Program-made: the position numbers and the translations under genes
In this document: positions 58,378 to 64,000 of the stretch, piece by piece
How the letters are laid out: the number at the start of each line of letters is the position of its first letter
How positions within the stretch are numbered: the stretch's first letter is position 1
Source of the DNA: Patescibacteria group bacterium
GTDB taxonomy: Bacteria > Patescibacteriota > Minisyncoccia > Phycocordibacterales > UBA918
Length of the DNA: 64,000 nucleotides
Direction of reading: 5' to 3'
Assembly: GCA_040386275.1 (NCBI GenBank)
Contig: JAZKFU010000011.1
Span: 1,383 to 65,382 of the forward strand
Notes under the pieces: model-generated
Told to the model about the DNA's origin: nothing
What the model saw: only the letters and a program-made list of their open reading frames with translations
Databases searched by the model: none

Positions 58378-60906
58378 CTAGATCTTTGAGGCTAATTCAA
58401 TCATGCGGTCGGTGGTGATAGTAACCCACCCCTCTTCACTCGGGTATGACGCCTTAGCAGCGGTCAAAATTTGAGCGAGAACTGTAGCACGATCTTCGTT
58501 TGCTGTTGCTCCGATAAAGTAAGCAATAGCGTCAGATGAAAGCAATACGTGTTGGGCATGTGCTTGAGCTTCGATAGCTTCAGCGGCAGTAGTGTGAGCT
58601 TCGTAACCTACAACTGCTGTAGTGGGAGCTACTGGTGCTGGCGCTTGGTAAAACGCTGGAGCAGCAGTAATCTTTTCAGGCATAAGTTGTGTACTTGGTA
58701 CGATATCAGAAGTAACTGTAGCCGGAGTAAATGCTGAAGCATTTACTGCGTTACGACGTCCTACTAATACGTATGCCATGTAGAGAGCCCACGCTGCTAG
58801 TAATGTGTAGAATACACTTGTCATAAATGGTCCAGCTTCAAATCCAGTGTATGGAACATTGGTTAGAGCAATTCCAGTAACAAGTGGTTGCTGATCACGT
58901 ACTTGTGTTACCACTACGGTATCTTCAACATCAACACTTACTTTACACGTCTTGTCTCGACTTCCTTTCTCCGCTACCAATGTGTAGGTAGTATCTTTTT
59001 CAGGTCGGAGAGTAATTTCACCGTCGTACAGGTCTTTCTTTTGTGAACTACTCTTTCCGTCAGTATCAATTAAAGTTTTACCGTGATTGTCTTTGATAGT
59101 TACTTCAGTAGCGCGGGTTGTATCCCAAGTAAGGGTTACTCGGTCGCCACGTGAGATACTTTTGTCAGAAATCTTTAGAGTACATTTTGGAGCAGATGAT
59201 CCGCCACCGCCTCCACCACCATTGTTATCTTCGTCAACATTGATGGTAACGGGACAATTAATTGTGTCGTTACCTTTTGTTGCAGTTAAGGTGTAGGTAG
59301 TGTCACTTCGTGGAGAAACTGATACTGAACCATCAAGGTCAGTTGCGTTGATGCCGTTGTTGAAACGAACACCAGTTACTCCCGTTGTATTCCAAGTAAG
59401 CGTTGAACTGTTTCCTTCACGAATTGAAGTTGGACTCGCACTGAAATTTACATTAGCAGCACACGTAATCGCTGCATCTGGTTGATTAACAGTAACGGTT
59501 ACTGGACATGATACTTGTTGGTTATTGCTACCAACACCGGTAAGGGTGTACGTGATAGTTTGTAATGGAGAAACGGTTACGTTTCCATCAACGTTCACAT
59601 TACCAATCGCGTTGTTAATACTAACTGAGTTTACGTTTGTTGTATTCCACGTAAGCACTGAACTTTGTCCACGATTAATTGTTGAAGCGTTTGCTGTAAA
59701 TGAATCACAGATTGGTGAAAGTGGTGTAGGAGTTTCAACGGTAATAGTTTTGTGACACACTGCTTCTACGCCAGCATTGTTTCGTACAGTAAAGGTGTAG
59801 GTTGTTGTATCGTTTGGTGATACTGAACGGTTACCATTTAATGATACAGAACCGATACCTTGGTTGAAACTACCCGTAGCTCCATTTTGAGAAGTCCAGG
59901 TAAGTTCAACTGAACTACCACGAGTGATAGTGTGGGGTGCTCCATTTAATGTACAAACTGGTGTAGGTACATCAGTTACAGTTACTGTTACTGGACAAGA
60001 TACCGTTTTGGCATCTTTTGTTGCAGTTAAAGTGTAAGTAGTTGTGTTAGTTGGTGACACAACTCGTGTACCATCAACAGCTACTCCACCGATACCTTGA
60101 TTGATACTTACGCCAGTAGCGTTAGTAGTTGCCCAAGTCAATGTTGCAGAGTTACCACGAACGATTGATGTTGGATTTGAAGTGAATGAATCACAGATAG
60201 GTAATACTACTGGGTGAGTTACGGGATTTACCGTTACTGAATCAGTACAAGTACCTTTTGCGTTAGTTCCTGTTAACGTTACCGTCACTGGGGTCGTACG
60301 ACCAGCAGGCCAGGTATACGTTTGAGAATCTGAAGCCGCAACAATCTGATTATTTACTCGGTACACAGTACTGTGTGCTGGAGTACCATTCCATGAAATT
60401 GTAAATTGTTGACCATCATTAGCAGCTGTAAGGTTTGTTGTAATATCACAAACCGGTGCTTCAACATATCGGTAAACCGTTACTGTATCTGAACAAGTAG
60501 CACCTGAACTATTTCTTCCTGTAACTGTGAATGTTAGGAAAATATTGTCAGCGTTCCAGGTATAGGTTAGAAATCCTGTTCGCTCTACATCTACACCGCC
60601 TACTTTGTAGGTACCGGTTGAACCGTTACTCCAAGAAATTGTGTATTGTTCTCCTGGATTAACATATTGTTTGTTTGCTGAAATATCACAAACTGGAGCA
60701 GGAATAGTTGTATTTCCGCCTCCATCATTGCCTCCACCTCCCGCTATATCACCACCTCCGGTTGATCCGCCTCCACAATCTGAACAGCCCGTACCGCCTC
60801 CGCCGGTAACTTGCGCTGAAGCGTTGTTAGCGTAAGAAAAGGCAGCCACAAATAACATGGCCGTGAGTACTGTTGCAAAACTAATTTTTTGAATAGTTGA
60901 TGTCAT
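58378..60906 (-). CDS. Large secreted surface protein with tandem Ig/PKD-like repeats, a VPYTG sorting motif, a TM helix and a cytoplasmic tail
   Basis: Signal peptide ending ASA; ~7 repeats of C..(F).A....I..G....L.W....TTYTL...C...V.V; VPYTG at 58843-58857, then a hydrophobic helix and GRR. Confidence 0.85.
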   Translation of the reverse strand: MTSTIQKISFATVLTAMLFVAAFSYANNASAQVTGGGGTGCSDCGGGSTGGGDIAGGGGNDGGGNTTIPAPVCDISANKQYVNPGEQYTISWSNGSTGTYKVGGVDVERTGFLTYTWNADNIFLTFTVTGRNSSGATCSDTVTVYRYVEAPVCDITTNLTAANDGQQFTISWNGTPAHSTVYRVNNQIVAASDSQTYTWPAGRTTPVTVTLTGTNAKGTCTDSVTVNPVTHPVVLPICDSFTSNPTSIVRGNSATLTWATTNATGVSINQGIGGVAVDGTRVVSPTNTTTYTLTATKDAKTVSCPVTVTVTDVPTPVCTLNGAPHTITRGSSVELTWTSQNGATGSFNQGIGSVSLNGNRSVSPNDTTTYTFTVRNNAGVEAVCHKTITVETPTPLSPICDSFTANASTINRGQSSVLTWNTTNVNSVSINNAIGNVNVDGNVTVSPLQTITYTLTGVGSNNQQVSCPVTVTVNQPDAAITCAANVNFSASPTSIREGNSSTLTWNTTGVTGVRFNNGINATDLDGSVSVSPRSDTTYTLTATKGNDTINCPVTINVDEDNNGGGGGGGSSAPKCTLKISDKSISRGDRVTLTWDTTRATEVTIKDNHGKTLIDTDGKSSSQKKDLYDGEITLRPEKDTTYTLVAEKGSRDKTCKVSVDVEDTVVVTQVRDQQPLVTGIALTNVPYTGFEAGPFMTSVFYTLLAAWALYMAYVLVGRRNAVNASAFTPATVTSDIVPSTQLMPEKITAAPAFYQAPAPVAPTTAVVGYEAHTTAAEAIEAQAHAQHVLLSSDAIAYFIGATANEDRATVLAQILTAAKASYPSEEGWVTITTDRMIELASKI

Positions 60907-61043
60907 AAATAATAACTTTGATTTAATAATGTAACCTACACCGAATTTCTTCGGATGAAAAAGATTGTTCGTTGGAACAATCTCTCAGAATCCGAATTGA
61001 TTCTTGAGATTGATGAGGGCATCTTTCGACGCCCTCTTCATGT

Positions 61044-61391
61044 TTATTGCCAGTCTGGCTGCCATCTTCCGTCAACGCGACGGTTGATGAATTTCTTGCC
61101 TTCGAGTACAGCCCACTGGTAGTCCCAATGGATTTTGCCGTCACTTCCGAGGAAGCAAACGGCCTGATTGCCCGTCGGCGCAGTGTGCACTGCTCGTGGA
61201 TCCTGGCATGCGATTTTCGTGTACGGACCACCAGCGGGTCCAATCACACAATACTCGACATGCCACACCGGCACTTTTACCCCTTTTCCCACGCCAGTTG
61301 GATCGTTGCAGTTGACCCCACACGCCATCGCCATACCTGCAAACAGAGTGAGCACACTGGCGAGGATGCCAACACGATAAGTTTTTTTCAT
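61044..61391 (-). CDS. Small secreted Cys-containing hypothetical protein
   Basis: Signal peptide ending AMA, GGAGG SD, TTGACA-17-TACACT promoter at 61460-61488. Confidence 0.7.
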   Translation of the reverse strand: MKKTYRVGILASVLTLFAGMAMACGVNCNDPTGVGKGVKVPVWHVEYCVIGPAGGPYTKIACQDPRAVHTAPTGNQAVCFLGSDGKIHWDYQWAVLEGKKFINRRVDGRWQPDWQ

Positions 61392-61568
61392 TATGGCCTC
61401 CTGCCATGTTGAATTGAGTTGTACTCCTATCAAAGAACTAAAGGAGCGTTTACCCAAACAGTGTATCATAACGAACAGTATTTGTCAATACAATACGGTT
61501 ATTGTCAAATATAGTAAAAGGCCGGTATCCAAAAGATATCCGGCCTTCTTTGTGACGCAACCTCCTCC

Positions 61569-62105
61569 TTAGAAGATGTCGACGCCGTCATTGCCACCGT
61601 TGGTGGTGTCGCCCTGGGTGCCCTCATCAGGTTGAGCATCCGATTGCGTTGCCCCTTCAGCGGTGACCGAATCGGCCTCATCGTCGGAATCGCCATCGTT
61701 GTTAGTATCAATGACGCCATCATGGTCGACGACCGGACCTGGATCAATCGTCTCGACGGAACCGGGCGGAAGATCGAGATCTGCCGCCACTTCTTCGGCC
61801 GTTTGGCCGGTGTGGGTTCCTTGCTTCACGGTTGTGGTGGTGCCACCGCCGCCATTCTGCTTGGTGCACGTAATCCGAGTCACCACGCCGCCGATCGTGA
61901 CATATTTGCCTTGCCGATCGACATCGTAGCGCGCCGGACCAGCTTTCATGGTCGCCATTCCGCAAATCCTCTTGATCGGAATGGCATACGCCACACCGTC
62001 GGAAATGAGAACGTTCTGAGTCCCTTGTCCGGTATCAACCGTCAAGGCTGACGCGAACGAGGTCGACATGACGGCGAATAGAATCGCCAAAAGAACTTTC
62101 TTCAT
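61569..62105 (-). CDS. Secreted hypothetical protein with an acidic low-complexity C-terminus (GC-richer than the flanks)
   Basis: Signal peptide ending FASA, AAGGAG SD, TTGACA-17-TACAGT promoter at 62170-62198. Confidence 0.72.
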   Translation of the reverse strand: MKKVLLAILFAVMSTSFASALTVDTGQGTQNVLISDGVAYAIPIKRICGMATMKAGPARYDVDRQGKYVTIGGVVTRITCTKQNGGGGTTTTVKQGTHTGQTAEEVAADLDLPPGSVETIDPGPVVDHDGVIDTNNDGDSDDEADSVTAEGATQSDAQPDEGTQGDTTNGGNDGVDIF

Positions 62106-62209
62106 CACTGTTCTCCTTATGTTATGGATTGTGAATTTCACACCGAGACCATCCTCGGCTTACCCTACTACTGTATCATACTAAATCATTTCTGTCAACA
62201 AAAAAGCCC

Positions 62210-62887
62210 CTAGTTAAGGGCTTTTGTTGAAACGAGCGTAGCCTCGACCACATAGCGGTCCTCGGTACTTCCAAAACTATTACACGTAACTAACGTAAGG
62301 GTTTTCCCCTTCCCCGCTACCGGGACAGTAAAACCAGAGGCTTTTACTTTAAAGGATTTTTCTACCTTATACGTATAGGCAGTGTTTTTTGAATGTACCG
62401 TTATTACATCACCCCATTTCAGATTCTGAATACCATTTAAGGCTTGAAAATTACGGTTATGGACCGTTGGGAGGTAACTTGAGTGACCAAGGATAAACAT
62501 CGTGCCTTCGTCAGCAAACGTGGCCGAATCGGGGTGACGAATCACGCCTTTAAGTAGCGCCGCATCAAGCGCTGCCACTGAATTAGAAGATGGATTTAAT
62601 ACCGGGACGGTTCGACTAAGCGCAGGGATAAGAAGGGTTTGTGGCAAAGTATCTGATCCAATAGTTGAAACTGTTTCAGTTTTTGGAGTCGTCGTTGCTA
62701 CCGCAGGTTTAGGAGTGGTGGTGGTTGCAGCTGCTACGGTAGAAGTAGCCGATGTTGTAATTGGCTCAGGATAAAAATCTAGAGCGTATAAAATACCGTA
62801 CGACACGGTAAAGATACAGAAAAAAGCTATGAGAAACGCAATTTTATTGGCCATAATTTGATCGATTATATGTTCGAGCTTTTTCAT
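62210..62887 (-). CDS. Sortase family transpeptidase
   Basis: N-terminal TM helix, Thr-rich linker, ILGHSS (His), TLTLVTC (Cys), R.VV.A (Arg). Confidence 0.88.
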   Translation of the reverse strand: MKKLEHIIDQIMANKIAFLIAFFCIFTVSYGILYALDFYPEPITTSATSTVAAATTTTPKPAVATTTPKTETVSTIGSDTLPQTLLIPALSRTVPVLNPSSNSVAALDAALLKGVIRHPDSATFADEGTMFILGHSSYLPTVHNRNFQALNGIQNLKWGDVITVHSKNTAYTYKVEKSFKVKASGFTVPVAGKGKTLTLVTCNSFGSTEDRYVVEATLVSTKALN

Positions 62888-63007
62888 AGATGTATAATGT
62901 AACTATAATAGCACGTTTAACAGATTTGTCAACCATTTATCCTACGAGCCAACATGAATATACCCTTTATTGACAACGAACTTCTCTTATGGTAGCGTGA
63001 ATTTACT

Positions 63008-64000
63008 ATGGAAAAAAATACGGATACCAAGGGTAAGGAAGGAATATTAAAAGTACTAGCAATTGGTGGATTTATTGGTCTCATTATTATAATTGCCTGG
63101 CTCGGGATTCAACTTATTAGTTTTATGCCGTCGGCCTTCACCTCACTCGCCTCGTTAGCTGATAGTGTCTACAACTACAAACCAGTAGAAATTGTGGTGG
63201 TAAGTAATACATCAGTAGCTAACTCAGGTGAATCGTTTACACTCTCATGGAATAAACCAAAGCAAGACGGAACCTTTACGTTTACCTACAAATGTACCGA
63301 GGGAGTGTCAGTTGAATTACGCTCAAAGCTTGATGAAATTGAAACGGTAACGTGTGACCAACCCTATGATATTGGTGCCGTAGATACTATTGATCTCAGT
63401 GTTAACTCAGAACGAAATCGTTTTACAGAAATTCCCTACACCCTTGCCTTTATTCCGTCTAAGTCAGATGATCCTGCTGCTACCACTGACAAAACAATTA
63501 CCGTTGTAAACGCCATGATTTCACCGGTAGCAGTTGGAGCGACAACTACACCTGAAGTTATCACCCCTGACCCAGAACCAGTAGTAGTAGTTACCCCAAC
63601 TCCGAACCCAAAGCCCGTTACTCCAACTCCAACGCCTACCCCTACCCCAACTCCAACCACTCCTAAACCAGTTACGCCAAAGCCGGTAACTGTCAGTACT
63701 CCAATCTATGGTATTCCAGTTTCTAATCCAAATGGATTCACCGATGTGGGAACTCGTATCCTCGCCGTGGGCACACTCACTAGCAATGATCGATTCACTG
63801 CCGCTAACGTTATTGATAACGACGAGCAAGGAGCGATTCAATTCGAAATTAAAAACTTTGGTACCAAAACTTCAAATTCATTTACCTACACTGTCTCACT
63901 TCCAAATGGAACAGAATACAAAAGTTCATCACAATCAGGTCTCAAACCAAACGAACGCAGTGTCGTAACAATTGGTTTTGAAACCAATGACATGACCGGC
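63008..64000 (+). CDS. Partial membrane-anchored protein with beta-rich domains and a Pro/Thr linker (runs off the window)
   Basis: ATG 63008, TM helix ILKVLAIGGFIGLIIIIAWLG, (PT)n linker at ~63560-63690, open to the window end; TTGACA promoter at 62970. Confidence 0.8.
   Translation, partial: MEKNTDTKGKEGILKVLAIGGFIGLIIIIAWLGIQLISFMPSAFTSLASLADSVYNYKPVEIVVVSNTSVANSGESFTLSWNKPKQDGTFTFTYKCTEGVSVELRSKLDEIETVTCDQPYDIGAVDTIDLSVNSERNRFTEIPYTLAFIPSKSDDPAATTDKTITVVNAMISPVAVGATTTPEVITPDPEPVVVVTPTPNPKPVTPTPTPTPTPTPTTPKPVTPKPVTVSTPIYGIPVSNPNGFTDVGTRILAVGTLTSNDRFTAANVIDNDEQGAIQFEIKNFGTKTSNSFTYTVSLPNGTEYKSSSQSGLKPNERSVVTIGFETNDMTG

Noticed and set aside
59240-60200. Imperfect ~250-bp DNA repeats
   Set aside because: Explained by tandem Ig-like domains of the surface protein. 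No template/variable-repeat pattern or RT suggests a diversity-generating retroelement.
63560-63690. Short tandem CCNACN repeats
   Set aside because: They encode an ordinary Pro/Thr linker of the 63008 ORF.
1-64000. Alternative genetic code (UGA=Gly, code 25)
   Set aside because: Long core genes are open under code 11, and TGA terminates ORFs (e.g. 3164, 3670, 29884).

Overview
Gene-dense 64-kb chromosomal segment of a small-genome bacterium. It is most likely Patescibacteria/CPR (Parcubacteria-like); this is inferred from the compact RpoB, NusB-NUDIX fusion, short SMC, class I aldolase, pilins and sortase. TGA is used as a stop, so the code is 11. It carries core genes (rpoB/C, rpoD, dnaG, dnaE, hisS, thrS, rnr, rnc, rnhB, trmD, rpsP, rpmG, rpmF, prmC, uppP, smc), a GT4-GH57-GH15 alpha-glucan cluster, a sortase with a VPYTG surface protein, two pilins and a lytic transglycosylase. 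About a dozen solitary ORFans sit between these genes, most with their own promoter, SD and terminator. No rRNA, tRNA, CRISPR array, transposase or integrase was seen. The main unexplained signals are in the non-coding and palindromic DNA. (1) Family A is a dispersed ~120-nt structured element with 10 full copies plus one hybrid. It has conserved internal loops and clear compensatory changes. Its folding strand usually points into the stop codon of an oppositely oriented gene. (2) Family B is a second hairpin family with 6 copies, one nested inside a family-A shell. (3) REP-like palindromes are inserted in-frame inside prmC, rnhB and trmD. (4) A T-box riboswitch with an apparently ultrashort Stem I lies upstream of thrS. 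All annotations are by eye, without database searches.
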